Below are positions 27,904 to 39,300 of a DNA stretch of 64,000 bases, one piece after another. Within the stretch, counting starts at the first letter, position 1. Each line of letters opens with the position of its first letter. A program made the position numbers and the translations under genes. Below the pieces are notes generated by a model. The model was not told the DNA's origin. It was given only the letters and a program-made list of their open reading frames with translations, and did not search any database. Source of the DNA: a virus; the IMG/VR virus record IMGVR_UViG_3300017917_004576, positions 1 to 64,000 of that record, one strand, 5' to 3'.

Positions 27904-28932
27904 ATGGTAGCTGTTAATTATAATTTTCCGATAGAAAAAGGGTCTGATTTTCAGATTAATTTTATATATAATGATGAAAATAATAATCCTATTGATCTTA
28001 GTGAAAAATGTGTTATTTTTACACTATTAGGAGATGATAACACAAAACGCGTCTATTCTAGTAGAGCTTTATCAAATTATGATACTAATGGATGGAGCTT
28101 AACAGCAGATAATGCCGGCAATATTACTTTTAAACTTAGTGCAGAAGAAACATCATTATTTGATTTTGCGGTAGCTGTTTATGATTTAGATATTAAAGAT
28201 ATTAATACAATAAAACTAAAAAATGTTAGATTATCACAAGGCACTATAGATCTTATTGATAGAAATGTCGATTTATCTTCAGACTGTCCAACAAATTTAA
28301 CGAGTCTTGTTATAACATCGACGCCTATTCCAACCGGAGAGACACAGGTTCCTACGCCAACTATTACACAAGAAATTACTGATTTTTGTTTACCATATGA
28401 TTGTGGTCCACTGGACTTATTTTCAACAGTATATAGTGGTAGCGGATTAAGCATTGGTGATCTATCAACAGTAACGGGCTCCGTTATTGTTACAAATACA
28501 GGAATCATATCGAATATTGAATTAGCTATTAATAAATTAAGCCATAGTAGTCCAACAGACTTGGTTATGCTATTAGCTCCTCCAAGTGGAAATAAAATCC
28601 TATTATCTGCTAATCATAAAATACCTAATTTTAATAATAATTTTAGTTTTATGTTTAGTAATAAAGCCAATAGTGGAATATATTTGAATCATATTTCTAA
28701 TGGAGAAGTTTGTAGAATATATGATAAAACATCCATTATCAATTATAATAGTGAGTCTCTAAACAGTAGTTTTGATCATTTATTTAATTATTCTATAACC
28801 GGCGTATGGAATCTTATCATTAAAGATACAGATCCATCTGGTAGTGGAAACATCGATTCGTGGAAACTTGTTATAACATACGACAATAATATTCCCGAAA
28901 ATACAGATCCCTTCGAATGTGGAATACCATAA
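27904..28932 (+). CDS. Virion protein: BppU-like domain plus proprotein-convertase P-domain
   Basis: N-terminus like 16973..17377; C-terminus HSSPTDLVMLLAPPSG...GVWNLIIKD...GNIDSWKL matches the P-domain pattern. Confidence 0.7.
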   Translation: MVAVNYNFPIEKGSDFQINFIYNDENNNPIDLSEKCVIFTLLGDDNTKRVYSSRALSNYDTNGWSLTADNAGNITFKLSAEETSLFDFAVAVYDLDIKDINTIKLKNVRLSQGTIDLIDRNVDLSSDCPTNLTSLVITSTPIPTGETQVPTPTITQEITDFCLPYDCGPLDLFSTVYSGSGLSIGDLSTVTGSVIVTNTGIISNIELAINKLSHSSPTDLVMLLAPPSGNKILLSANHKIPNFNNNFSFMFSNKANSGIYLNHISNGEVCRIYDKTSIINYNSESLNSSFDHLFNYSITGVWNLIIKDTDPSGSGNIDSWKLVITYDNNIPENTDPFECGIP

Positions 28933-30179
28933 TGAATATAGATAAAGCTATCAATTCGAATCCTATTAATAATGGTAGAACTACTATTAATACTGGAAAT
29001 CAATTTCAAACATTAGATACTAGCAAAGATACTGACCCAGCATTAGTATCTATACAAAATCTAAACGATTTAAATTTTGATGATCCTAATTATTATTGGT
29101 TATGTTGTAATTATACTCCGCCCCCAACACCAACACCAACCAAAACACCAACACCAACACCAACAATTACTCCAACTAATAGTGTAACGCCAACTATAAC
29201 ATCAAGTGTCACGCCAACTCCTGGCGCTAGCACAACACCAACAGCTTCGATTACTGCTACAGTAACACCAACGCCCACATTAACGCCTAGCATAACCTTG
29301 ACCTCAACTGTTACTCCAACTCCAAGCCCAACAACCGCTATATCACCATTGTTCTTAGCGGCTTCTAATAATATTAGTAATGCCAGATCAACCAATGGAG
29401 CATCATGGATAGTTGGTAATTTTAGTAATTCTAGATCATGGTCCGATATAAGTTATGGTAATTCCAAGTATCTGGCAGTAGCCTATAATAGTTCTAATTA
29501 TGACACATCTAACGATGGTCTATCTTGGTCTAATAATTCATATAATATTAGCCATCCTAATAATTTATTTACAAAAACATTATATGGTAATAATACATAT
29601 TTAGTTTTTGCAAATAGTTCAACAGGATTTTATAGTAATGACGCTGCTAGTTGGAACTCTTTTGTTGTGCCTAATGCCAACTGGTCTATAGCAGCATACG
29701 GTAATGGTATTTATGTTGCTGTGGTTCCAAATTCGTCTACTTTTGTCACATCTACCGACGGTATAACATGGACACAAAGAACACTGCCCGTATCAAGAAA
29801 TTGGACAGATATGATTTATGGTGGTAATCAGTTTATATTAATTGGAACAACAACAACAACATTTTTATATAGTAGCGATGGTATCAATTGGAATAATGCA
29901 ACTTTACCAACATCAAAAGGATGGAAATCTATAGCATATGGCAATGGAGTATATGTTATACTAGCAAATAATAGTAGTACTACTGTTTATTCTAATGACG
30001 GTATAAATTGGAATATTGGTATGGGTCTCGGCTCTACTGTTACAGACATGGCATTTGGAAATAATAATTTTGTTGCAGTAGAAAATGGCACTGTTGTGGC
30101 TACATCAACAGACGGTGTAACATGGACACAACGATCTATTTCTAATAATAATTGGGAAGCTATAGTTTTTAATTCTTAA
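28932..30179 (+). CDS. Thr/Pro linker plus Asp-box beta-propeller protein
   Basis: PTPTPT stretch about 29115-29340; repeated SxDGxxW and YGNG..V blades. Confidence 0.75.
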   Translation: MNIDKAINSNPINNGRTTINTGNQFQTLDTSKDTDPALVSIQNLNDLNFDDPNYYWLCCNYTPPPTPTPTKTPTPTPTITPTNSVTPTITSSVTPTPGASTTPTASITATVTPTPTLTPSITLTSTVTPTPSPTTAISPLFLAASNNISNARSTNGASWIVGNFSNSRSWSDISYGNSKYLAVAYNSSNYDTSNDGLSWSNNSYNISHPNNLFTKTLYGNNTYLVFANSSTGFYSNDAASWNSFVVPNANWSIAAYGNGIYVAVVPNSSTFVTSTDGITWTQRTLPVSRNWTDMIYGGNQFILIGTTTTTFLYSSDGINWNNATLPTSKGWKSIAYGNGVYVILANNSSTTVYSNDGINWNIGMGLGSTVTDMAFGNNNFVAVENGTVVATSTDGVTWTQRSISNNNWEAIVFNS

Positions 30180-30199
30180 TAATAAAAAAGGTATCTTAT

Positions 30200-30427
30200 A
30201 TGAATTTAACATATACTGTGGACTCTATAACCTTTGCTGTTAATGTTTATGTACAAGGTAATAATACTCCAGTTATTTATCAACCAAACTGGCCAAACGG
30301 TACAGCATGGGCAAACTATAATGATGCTAATAATTGGGCTCAATTATGTATTTTATCCATAACAGATAGTACAGCACCATACGCACCAGCCGGTCCAGGA
30401 CTATCTGGAGAACCAAAACCAGTATGA
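30200..30427 (+). CDS. Hypothetical protein
   Basis: ORF track; YQPNWPNGTAW motif; AAGG Shine-Dalgarno. Confidence 0.6.
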   Translation: MNLTYTVDSITFAVNVYVQGNNTPVIYQPNWPNGTAWANYNDANNWAQLCILSITDSTAPYAPAGPGLSGEPKPV

Positions 30428-30627
30428 TCATAACCTTATTAGATAATACTAGTAATAATAATATTATAATTAATTTTTCTAATTTCAATATAGTCAGTAT
30501 TGATAATATAGATAAAAAAATTATCATAGCAAAACAAATATTATCGCAATCAGGACCTATTACCAAGTCAATATTAAATGTTAATGATAGTATATCGCCA
30601 ACTATAACTATTAATTATTATGAGTAA
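30424..30627 (+). CDS. Hypothetical protein
   Basis: ORF overlaps both neighbours by 4 and 8 nt. Confidence 0.45.
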   Translation: MIITLLDNTSNNNIIINFSNFNIVSIDNIDKKIIIAKQILSQSGPITKSILNVNDSISPTITINYYE

Positions 30628-31153
30628 TCCATTTAGTGGTATAATTTCATCAGAACTAAAGGGCTTATTTAATAATGCTATAGATGCACTGCTTGAAAAT
30701 AATGCACTATCTTTACCATGTAAAATTTTATATGATAATCAAATAGCTACAACATATTGTAATAATTGTATTTTTGATCCTATTTCATTATTATCAAGCA
30801 ATGTTTATAATGGGTCTGGTCCAATAGAATTTCCGGAGGGTGGTATTTGTCCTGTTTGTGTTGGACAAGGACAAATTAGAAGCAACAGTTCTAGTGAAAT
30901 TATATATTTAGCTTTTATTTTTGATAGTAAATATTTTTTAAATATCAACTCTAAAGTTATCAATATTCCAGATGGATCTATTCAAAGTTTATGCAATATT
31001 AGTTTATTGAGTAAAATAAAAAATGCTAATGAAATAATATTTGATAATAATTTAACTAATATTGGCCATTTTAAATATGAGAGAGCCAGCGATCCAGAAC
31101 CATTAGGCTTTGGTGATAATAGATATATTTTAACTTTGTGGAAGAAAAAATGA
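30620..31153 (+). CDS. Putative head-closure/neck protein with Zn-binding insert
   Basis: CNNC and CPVC.G.G motifs; position in the neck region. Confidence 0.55.
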   Translation: MSNPFSGIISSELKGLFNNAIDALLENNALSLPCKILYDNQIATTYCNNCIFDPISLLSSNVYNGSGPIEFPEGGICPVCVGQGQIRSNSSSEIIYLAFIFDSKYFLNINSKVINIPDGSIQSLCNISLLSKIKNANEIIFDNNLTNIGHFKYERASDPEPLGFGDNRYILTLWKKK

Positions 31154-31794
31154 AAATTTCATTAGATGTAGTAGAAAACAATAGTGAAATAATTAAATTA
31201 ATTCTTGATAATCTAAAGGATCAACTTTCTACTGCTATAAATAAAACACTGCCAAATATTACTAAAGATATTAAAAATTTAGTTAAAAATGCTTTAATAA
31301 ATGAACCAGAATATACTTCATTAAAAGCTGGTACGCTAAAAGCAGAATTTGGAATAAGCGATCCAGAATCTGTCGATAGAGTTGTAGACGCTATGACAAA
31401 CACACTAGAAGTCACACAGACGCCAATTAAAATAACTGGTAACGGTCTTAGTGGTGGTTTTATACTAACTATGATTAAAAGCGATGATATTAATGGAATT
31501 ATATATACAGATATTGCTAGTGTGAATGATAATGAAAAAGGATATTCTTTACCTTGGTTAGAATGGCTCCTATTAAAAGGAAACGAAACAATAGTACAAA
31601 ACTATAGTGTAAATTATACTAATAGTCCAAAATCTCGTAGTGGTTTAGCATTAATGGTAAAATCTAATAGTAATTGGAGAGTTCCTTCTAATTTTGTTGG
31701 AACAGAAAGCAATAACTGGACAACAAGAGCAATTAGTAAACTAGATACTGCCATAGTATCCGTAATACAAAATAATTTAGAAAATATTATATGA
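31150..31794 (+). CDS. Putative tail-completion/neck protein
   Basis: LPWLEWLLLKG...NNWTTRA; position between head closure and tail terminator candidates. Confidence 0.5.
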   Translation: MKISLDVVENNSEIIKLILDNLKDQLSTAINKTLPNITKDIKNLVKNALINEPEYTSLKAGTLKAEFGISDPESVDRVVDAMTNTLEVTQTPIKITGNGLSGGFILTMIKSDDINGIIYTDIASVNDNEKGYSLPWLEWLLLKGNETIVQNYSVNYTNSPKSRSGLALMVKSNSNWRVPSNFVGTESNNWTTRAISKLDTAIVSVIQNNLENII

Positions 31795-32717
31795 CAACAT
31801 TTCATAATATCTCATCGATATCAAATAAGAATAGAATATCTTTACTAGAAGATAATGTGAAAAGTTTTTTAGATTGGTCATTCTTACATATTGGAGGATT
31901 TGTTAATGTGGAGATACCAACAAGTGGAGTTAATGGAGGAACTTTTCATATATTAAAAAATGCTGAAGATCCATCCCTAAAAGATAAAGTATGGCAAGCT
32001 CCTCGCAAAGATTGGATTTATGAAAGTGGCGTAGTTTATGAAAGTGGAAGCCCGACAACTTTTTCTGGAATTTATCTTAATAATACATTTTTACCAGCAC
32101 CAACAGGTAGTGGAAGTTACGGATATAATGTTAATTATCCACTAGGACAAATAGTTTTTAACAATGCTGTTTCTTCTAAAAGCTCTGTTTTAGCTAGTTA
32201 TTCTTATAGATACGTACAAGTATATAAAAGTAGCGATAATGTATGGTGGAAAGAAGTACAAAAAGAAACCTATAATCCATCTAATTTTAATAAACAAGAC
32301 TATAGCATAACAGCTAATCATAGAGTTCAATTACCAGCAATTATTGTGGAACTAATTCCACGCACAATATTGGTTCCGCACCAATTGGGTACAACAGAAA
32401 ATATTATTATACAAGATGTATTTTTACATGTTTATACAGAGAATGCTAATCAAAGAAATACCCTTGTAGATATTTTAATTCATCAAAAAGACAAAACATT
32501 AAATTTATATGATGTTTCTAAAGTTATCAAAAATAATAGATATATTTTGAATAAATTTGGAAATATTAACCCTAGTGGATATAATTATCCAAATATTGTT
32601 GAGTCTTTTTCAAATTATTGGTGTACTATTAAAGATAGTTCAGTTGGAGAATTAAATAGTTTGAGTAGCTCTTTGTATAACGGTGTTGTGAGATGGTCAA
32701 TAGAAATTTTTCCATAG
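31791..32717 (+). CDS. Putative tail terminator protein
   Basis: RVQLPAIIVE...QDVFLHVYTENANQRNTLVDIL pattern; immediately before the tail tube gene. Confidence 0.55.
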   Translation: MTTFHNISSISNKNRISLLEDNVKSFLDWSFLHIGGFVNVEIPTSGVNGGTFHILKNAEDPSLKDKVWQAPRKDWIYESGVVYESGSPTTFSGIYLNNTFLPAPTGSGSYGYNVNYPLGQIVFNNAVSSKSSVLASYSYRYVQVYKSSDNVWWKEVQKETYNPSNFNKQDYSITANHRVQLPAIIVELIPRTILVPHQLGTTENIIIQDVFLHVYTENANQRNTLVDILIHQKDKTLNLYDVSKVIKNNRYILNKFGNINPSGYNYPNIVESFSNYWCTIKDSSVGELNSLSSSLYNGVVRWSIEIFP

Positions 32718-32775
32718 TTACATCAGAACGGTGTATTAAAACATAAACCATATTTCATAAAACGGAGATTCTTCC

Positions 32776-33897
32776 ATGGCACGAAACAACAGAATTTTTT
32801 ATGCAACTCAAGCTATAGCTCTAAAGCCACAAAGTGATACCACAACACCTCCAACATATTTTTCAGGTGGCGCCGATGGATGGTACTATCCTCGTGGTGT
32901 TCAAAGCGCTGGTATAACAACAAATTTTGCTTTGGAACAAGTTTTCCAACTTGGTCAAATCGAACTATATGAAAACGTTGAAGACGTACCAGAAGTTGAA
33001 GTAACAATTAATAAGGTTATCGACGGAACAGCACCATTATACCTAATGTGTATGGGTGGTTCGACTGGTATTCCTGGGGCCAATGGTCAAGAATTAGTTA
33101 ATTTAGCAAACAATAGAGTAAATTTTAGACTTGGTATCTATTCAGATACTAATAGTGCCGCAACTGGTACTGTTCCAACATGGGTAGATTGTTCTGGCAT
33201 GTATCTTAGCAGCGTAAGTTTCACTATTCCTGTTGATGGTAATGCAACAGAAGACGTTACACTTGTTGGAAATAATAAATACTGGAATAGCACAAATGTT
33301 GGAGCAGCTAACGCTGGATTTTTCAGCACCCAAGCCGATGCTGGCACAATGACAGCTCCCTCTATTGGTAGACGTTATAAATTCAATAGCAGTCAAAGCG
33401 TTATTCCAACTGGAGCTGGTGGAGGTATTCCAATTCCAGAAAATCGCACTATGCCATATCTACAGAGTGTTACTGTTAGTACCGATCTTGGTCGTGAAGC
33501 TATTAATGAACTTGGCGCTATGGCCCCATACTATCGTTATGTTACATTCCCAGTTGAAGTAACTAGCGAATTCGAGGTTATTGGAGATAACGGCGATCAA
33601 GTAGAAGGTCAAGACTTTGATGGTCAGGTTGGTTGCGATGTTGTATACAAAAATCTTCAAGATAAGCCTGTGAAGATTGTTGTGTGTGGCAGCGGAGTAA
33701 ATGACTATTTAGAAATAGATCTTGGTACTAAGAATAAACTCACTAGTGTTAACTATACTGGTGGCGAAGCTGGTGGTGATAATGTTACCATCACATATAG
33801 CTATCAAACTTTCAATAAGTTTAAGGTTACAGCTAGTGGCACTTTCCAAGAAGTTAAATGGATCGATAACGCTAACGACGCTGTTGTTGGTGACTGA
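32776..33897 (+). CDS. Major tail (tube) protein
   Basis: Two-fold internal repeat (GVQSAGITTNFALEQVFQLG / LQSVTVSTDLGREAINELG); GGAGA Shine-Dalgarno, GTGTAT motif; precedes chaperone candidates and tape measure gene. Confidence 0.7.
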   Translation: MARNNRIFYATQAIALKPQSDTTTPPTYFSGGADGWYYPRGVQSAGITTNFALEQVFQLGQIELYENVEDVPEVEVTINKVIDGTAPLYLMCMGGSTGIPGANGQELVNLANNRVNFRLGIYSDTNSAATGTVPTWVDCSGMYLSSVSFTIPVDGNATEDVTLVGNNKYWNSTNVGAANAGFFSTQADAGTMTAPSIGRRYKFNSSQSVIPTGAGGGIPIPENRTMPYLQSVTVSTDLGREAINELGAMAPYYRYVTFPVEVTSEFEVIGDNGDQVEGQDFDGQVGCDVVYKNLQDKPVKIVVCGSGVNDYLEIDLGTKNKLTSVNYTGGEAGGDNVTITYSYQTFNKFKVTASGTFQEVKWIDNANDAVVGD

Positions 33898-33936
33898 TAG
33901 TAGAGGTAAAAAAGATAAAAGGATGATTCCTGGACT

Positions 33937-34086
33937 ATGGACGAATTGTTTAATATAATCGGCAAGCTGTATGTTGATATATCTAACGCTCAAAAAGTAT
34001 TAGAGATAATGAGACAGCAGCTTTCGGAAAAGGAAAACGAGATACAACGACTAAAGACTTCTCATACAGAAGGTTCGGATGAATGA
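33937..34086 (+). CDS. Small coiled-coil protein, 49 aa (not in ORF track)
   Basis: MDELFNIIGKLYVDISNAQKVLEIMRQQLSEKENEIQRLKTSHTEGSDE*; fills the gap and overlaps the next start by 8 nt. Confidence 0.6.
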   Translation: MDELFNIIGKLYVDISNAQKVLEIMRQQLSEKENEIQRLKTSHTEGSDE

Positions 34087-35104
34087 TGATCTGGAATTAT
34101 TATTATATAGAATTTTTTATGGAAGTTTAATTTTTTACTATAATAATGAAAAATATGTTTTAAAATCACCAACCATACCTATTAAATACGAAGCGCAATT
34201 ATTATATAATAATATCATTAATGATGAAAAATATAATGACTGGATAAGAGAAGAAAATTTAGAAAATTTATTAATACTTTTAAGTTTATGGACAAAAGAC
34301 ACCAAAATGATTATTAAGGATTTAGATAAAAAAATAGAAAATAGCAAAGCTGACTACTATTCAAATTTTAAACTTTCTGATAAAAAAAATAGTATCAAAA
34401 AAAATCTTGATAATTATAAAAAACAATTAAATTCTATACTATCTAAAAAAGAAGAACTATATTCTAATACATTAGAGGGATATGCTAATAGTATAAAAAA
34501 TGAATATATTATTTCTCACACATTAATTCAGAACAAAGATAAAGTATTTGTTTCTAGTAAAAATGCATCTAATTATATGTTATTTAATAATATTGTTAGT
34601 GAACTTAATAAATACAGTATATCCATAACTGATTTTAAAAAATTGGCTCGCAGCCAACTATGGCGATCATATTGGAATGTTAAAAAGAATAATGTGTTCG
34701 ATGGAAACTTAACAGATGACCAGAGAACACTGATAGGTATTAGCCAAATGTACGATAGGGTATATGAGCACCCTGAATGTCCTGATGATGATATTCTAGA
34801 AGATGACGATGCTCTCGATGGATGGATGATAATACAAAAACGTAAAATAGAAAAAGATAAAAAACAACAACAAATAGATAATATGAATCCAAAACTTAAA
34901 AATGCTCAGGAAGTTTTTATAATGGCTAATAATGTTAATCAAGCAGAGGAAATTATATCATTAAACAGTCCGGAGTCGTTGAATAGAATGAAAAGCAAAA
35001 TAAGCCATGTGCAAAAATTTGGACAAACAGAAGAAAGTCAACTACCAGATGTACAGTTAGATCTAAGAAATCAACTTAACCAACAAATTAAAAACAGGAA
35101 ATAA
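34079..35104 (+). CDS. Putative tail assembly chaperone
   Basis: Between tube and tape measure genes; YEHPECPDDDILEDDDALDGW motif. Confidence 0.5.
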   Translation: MNDDLELLLYRIFYGSLIFYYNNEKYVLKSPTIPIKYEAQLLYNNIINDEKYNDWIREENLENLLILLSLWTKDTKMIIKDLDKKIENSKADYYSNFKLSDKKNSIKKNLDNYKKQLNSILSKKEELYSNTLEGYANSIKNEYIISHTLIQNKDKVFVSSKNASNYMLFNNIVSELNKYSISITDFKKLARSQLWRSYWNVKKNNVFDGNLTDDQRTLIGISQMYDRVYEHPECPDDDILEDDDALDGWMIIQKRKIEKDKKQQQIDNMNPKLKNAQEVFIMANNVNQAEEIISLNSPESLNRMKSKISHVQKFGQTEESQLPDVQLDLRNQLNQQIKNRK

Positions 35105-35107
35105 TAT

Positions 35108-35395
35108 ATGAATAATAGTGAACAAGAATTATTAGATAATCTATACAAAAGATTTCAAACAACTATGATAGGAGCATTGGCAAGATTTGAAGATCATTTT
35201 GGACATTTATGGGATAAAGAACCTGACGATAGTCCAATTTGGGATACTTGGGAATATACTAGGAACAGTATACTAAATAATGGAAATAAGCAAGCTCGTG
35301 CTGCTATTGATGACATTAAAAAATATTTATCAAAGAATACTATTAGTTCAAAATATACTTATAAACTTAATTTCAAAGAGGAGAATAACAAATGA
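35108..35395 (+). CDS. Hypothetical protein
   Basis: ORF track; FQTTMIGALARFEDHFGHLW. Confidence 0.65.
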   Translation: MNNSEQELLDNLYKRFQTTMIGALARFEDHFGHLWDKEPDDSPIWDTWEYTRNSILNNGNKQARAAIDDIKKYLSKNTISSKYTYKLNFKEENNK

Positions 35396-36300
35396 AAACA
35401 AAAACTTTTAAGCTCGAAGTTGATGGTGTCGAAAAAGAATTTTTAGTACGAAGCCCAACCTTAGAAAATCAGAGAGAAGCTCAAAAAGTTTATAATCAAG
35501 CTTTTACAGATGCTATTAAAAGTAAAAGTGTTGTACGAGCAAAGCTAGATGATTTATTAGAAGATCAGGGCTTGTGGAATGATGAGAAACAAGCTAAGTT
35601 TACTGAACTACAAAAAGATCTGCTAGATGGAGAAAAAAGATTAGCAAAAGGTGGCTTTAGTTTAAATGAAGCCAAAGATCTTGCTATCAAGATGAAAAGC
35701 ATACGAGATGAAATAAGAGATCTTATTAGCGTAAGAACAAGTTTAGATAATCATAGCGCAGAAGGTCAAGCTGATAATAGTAGATTTAATTATTTAGTTA
35801 GTGTTTGTTTGGTGTATAATGATACTAAACAGCCTGTTTACAAAAATATGGAAGAGTATCTAAATAGCAGCACAGAAAAGGTTGCTATAATGGGCGCTCA
35901 AAATTTAGCTAATATGCTGTATGGTCTTGATAACGATTATGAAAGTAATTTACCAGAAAATAAGTTCTTAAAGAAATTTAAATTTATTGATGAAAAATTA
36001 CGACTAGTAGATAAGAAAGGCAGATTAATAGATAGAGAAGGTAGACTGATCGATGAGAGTGGTCGATTTATTGATGAAGAAGGTAATTTTGTTGATAAGT
36101 TTGGTAACAAAGTAGATAAAGATGGAGAATATTTGGTTGATAGTCAACCATTCCTTGATGAAAATGGAAATCCAATAATATTAGATGAGGAAAAACCCAA
36201 AGATGATAAGGTTGAACCATCAGTTCCAACAGAAAGCCCGGTTGTTCAAGAAGCCCAACCAGTTTCTGCATCAACTGAACAAACAGTGTCAACAACTTGA
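35392..36300 (+). CDS. Putative tail assembly chaperone with 7-aa DxxG repeats
   Basis: GAGGAG Shine-Dalgarno; tandem LVDKKGR/LIDREGR/LIDESGR/FIDEEGN/FVDKFGN/KVDKDGE. Confidence 0.55.
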   Translation: MKTKTFKLEVDGVEKEFLVRSPTLENQREAQKVYNQAFTDAIKSKSVVRAKLDDLLEDQGLWNDEKQAKFTELQKDLLDGEKRLAKGGFSLNEAKDLAIKMKSIRDEIRDLISVRTSLDNHSAEGQADNSRFNYLVSVCLVYNDTKQPVYKNMEEYLNSSTEKVAIMGAQNLANMLYGLDNDYESNLPENKFLKKFKFIDEKLRLVDKKGRLIDREGRLIDESGRFIDEEGNFVDKFGNKVDKDGEYLVDSQPFLDENGNPIILDEEKPKDDKVEPSVPTESPVVQEAQPVSASTEQTVSTT

Positions 36301-36330
36301 TAAATTAGTGTATATAATATTGGGTTATAT

Positions 36331-36371
36331 TATTCCCCGTTTAGAGTTTCTTCTAATCGGGGAATATTTTT
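36331..36371 (+). terminator. Terminator-like hairpin before the tape measure gene
   Basis: TATTCCCCG-t-TTAGA-gtttct-TCTAA-t-CGGGGAATA followed by TTTTT. Confidence 0.65.
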
Positions 36372-36394
36372 ATCTTAATCTAGGAATTTGATTT

Positions 36395-39300
36395 ATGGCA
36401 CAAGCCTTTAATTTAACCGCACAATTAAATTTGCGTGGACCATCAAATGTTAGGCAAATAGTTTCGGATGTTAAAAAACAACTTGGTACAATTACTGGTG
36501 ATATAAAATTTAATATTGATCCATCAGCAATTAATAATACAACAAAACTTAGTAAATCATTACAACAACTAAGTTCCGACCTATCTTCTGTTTCGTCCAA
36601 CGCTACTGCGGCAGCATCTGCTATTAAAAATTTTGGTCAAAGTATAAATTCTATTAGTAATTCTTCTAATAAATTATCTTCTAATATAAATAAAACAATA
36701 AGTAGTTCTGGTAATTTAGGAACAACAGTAACAAAAACAGCAAAAAATATTTCTGTAGCACGAACAGAGATGGAAGAATTTGGTCGTCAAAGCGCATTAG
36801 CCATTCGTCGTTTTGCTGCATTTAGTGCTGTAACAGGAGTATTTTTTAGTCTTAATAGAGCAATTAATAGCGGATTGAAAAGCTTTATAGAATTTGATAA
36901 AGAATTAGTGCGATTACAGCAAGTTACTGGTCAAAGCGCCGATGGATTAAAAGGACTCCAAGATGAAATTACAAGACTATCAACTGGTCTTGGTGTTAGT
37001 TCTGATAGTTTAATTCAAGTATCATCAACATTAGCTCAGGCAGGATTAAGCGCTAGAGAAACTGAACAGGCCTTAAAAGCATTAGCATTAACAGAATTAG
37101 CGCCTAGTTTTGATGATATTAATCAAACAGTCGAAGGATCTATTGCTCTAATGAGACAGTTTGGCATAGCAGCAAAAGATTTAGAAAAAGCATTAGGTAG
37201 TGTTAATAGTGTTGCAGCAGCTTTTGCTGTTGAGTCTAGCGATATTATTGCGGCTATACAACGAACCGGTGGTGTGTTTGCAACCGCGAGTAAAGGAGTT
37301 AGCGAAGGAGCAGACGCTCTTAATGAATTTATAGCCGTGTTTACTAGTGTTCGTGCCACAACGCGTGAAAGCGCCGAAACAATCGCTACAGGTTTGAGAA
37401 CTATTTTTACACGTATTCAAAGACAAGGTACTATAGAAGCACTCAAAGAATTTGGTGTTACACTGACTGATGCCGAAGGTAAATTTGTTGGTGCATACAA
37501 GGCTGTACAGTTACTTAGCGAAGGATTAAGTAGTATAGATCCTAGAGACATAAGATTTAGCCAAATAGTTGAAGAGCTTGGTGGTTTTCGTCAAATTGGC
37601 AAAGTTATTCCATTGATTCAACAGTTTGCTACCGCACAAGATGCTTTGAGAGTGGCTCAGGCTGGTCAGGGTAGTTTGGCAGCAGATGCTGCTAAAGCAC
37701 AATTAAGTTTAGCCAATCAAATAGCTAAAGTGAGAGAAGAATTTTTAACATTAATTCGTAGTTTGGGACAAAGTGATACTTTTCAAACTTTAGCTAGAGG
37801 AGCATTAACATTTGCTAGTGGTCTTATTAAGATTACAGATGCTGTTAAAGGTGTTTTACCTTCACTTGCTATTTTAGCAGCTGGGGCTAGTTTTAGAGGA
37901 TTAAGTCAATTTACTAGCGGATTTATTGGTGGTTTGAAAAAAGTTCCAAAAGGAGGACCAGGAGCACAACAACCACAAAGCGTGGTTGGTTCTATTGGAA
38001 GAAATATTGGAAGTAGTCTTGTTGGTGCTAAAACAGAACAAGTTAGTAGAGACTTAGATCAAAATAGCGCCGCTCTAGATAAGCTTTCTGGTAAAATAGA
38101 TTCTTTGGTATCTTCAATGTCTTCTATTAATGGCTTAACATCCGGTATAACTGCATTGAATACCAACTTAGTATCTATTAATAGCGCTTTAGCATCATAT
38201 AATTCTGCATTACTAAATAATACCAATGCTTTATCTAGTAATAGTAGCTCTCTAGAGAATGTTTATGCTGCTTTAGTTAATTTAGATGCTACTTTAGATA
38301 GAAAAGATTTCGGAGGCGGTGGACCAACTACTGCTAGTGGTGGTGGTCGTATTTTGGGTTTCTCTAAAGGAGGCAGTGTTCCCGGTAGCGGAAGAGGAGA
38401 TAAAGTACCAGCATTATTAGAACCTGGCGAAGTGGTAATGAGTAATCGAGCTGTTAATAAGTATGGAAGAGGTAATTTGGTTAATATGAATAAAAGATAT
38501 TTTAAAGGAGGTATAGCCCGAGAAAAGCTTCAAACACTAGTTGAAAAAAGCAATAGTATTAAAAAATATATTAATGACACTATCAATCCAGATGATGAAG
38601 CATTAACAAAGATAGTTCCATTTCGTGTTGATCTTGATGATAATGATTTCAGAGAAATGAAACAAATCATGATAGATACTGAAAGGCAAAGACTTAGATA
38701 TTTAGAAACATATCGTGATGATCCCACAGCAAATAAACAAGTGGGACAGAGAGCCAGAAGCAGCAAAGACCCTAGAACAGTTGTTGGATTTCTTGGTCTG
38801 AAAAAACCAGAATCTCATTGGGGTCCAGGTAATGCTTTTCAACAGCATTTAATTAAAAGACTAAATATTTCACCAAGCGATATGCCCCCTAATCTTGGCA
38901 CACCACAAGAACAATTTAAAGATATTATAGACGAACATTATGCTGTTTTAGACTACCAAGACGGTGATGCTAAATTTTGGAAAGATCTAAGTTATTTTGA
39001 TACACAACCCGGAAAAATAGACATACTAAATAAACAATTTAAAAATGTAGTCAATAATAATCAACTAAAACCAAAACCAACCCCAAATTATGAACTTTTT
39101 ACTTTACCGGATACGCGAGTTTATTATCCTGAGATTGGCACAAAAGAACAATTTATGCGAGATTATGCGGCGTTTACCACAGCAGATTATGCAAAAACAC
39201 ATCTTCCAGCAGGAGCTTATTCTATTGGTGGAAAAATTCAAAAATTTGCTGGTGGAGGAGAAGCGCTACAGTCCAAGTTATCAACTATAAGAACTCTTTT

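Noticed and set aside
33897-36300. Programmed frameshift between tail chaperone genes
   Set aside because: Each ORF has its own start, and no convincing slippery heptamer near an ORF end was identified.
30620-36300. Contractile tail sheath gene
   Set aside because: No sheath-sized ORF with recognisable sheath features lies near the tube gene.
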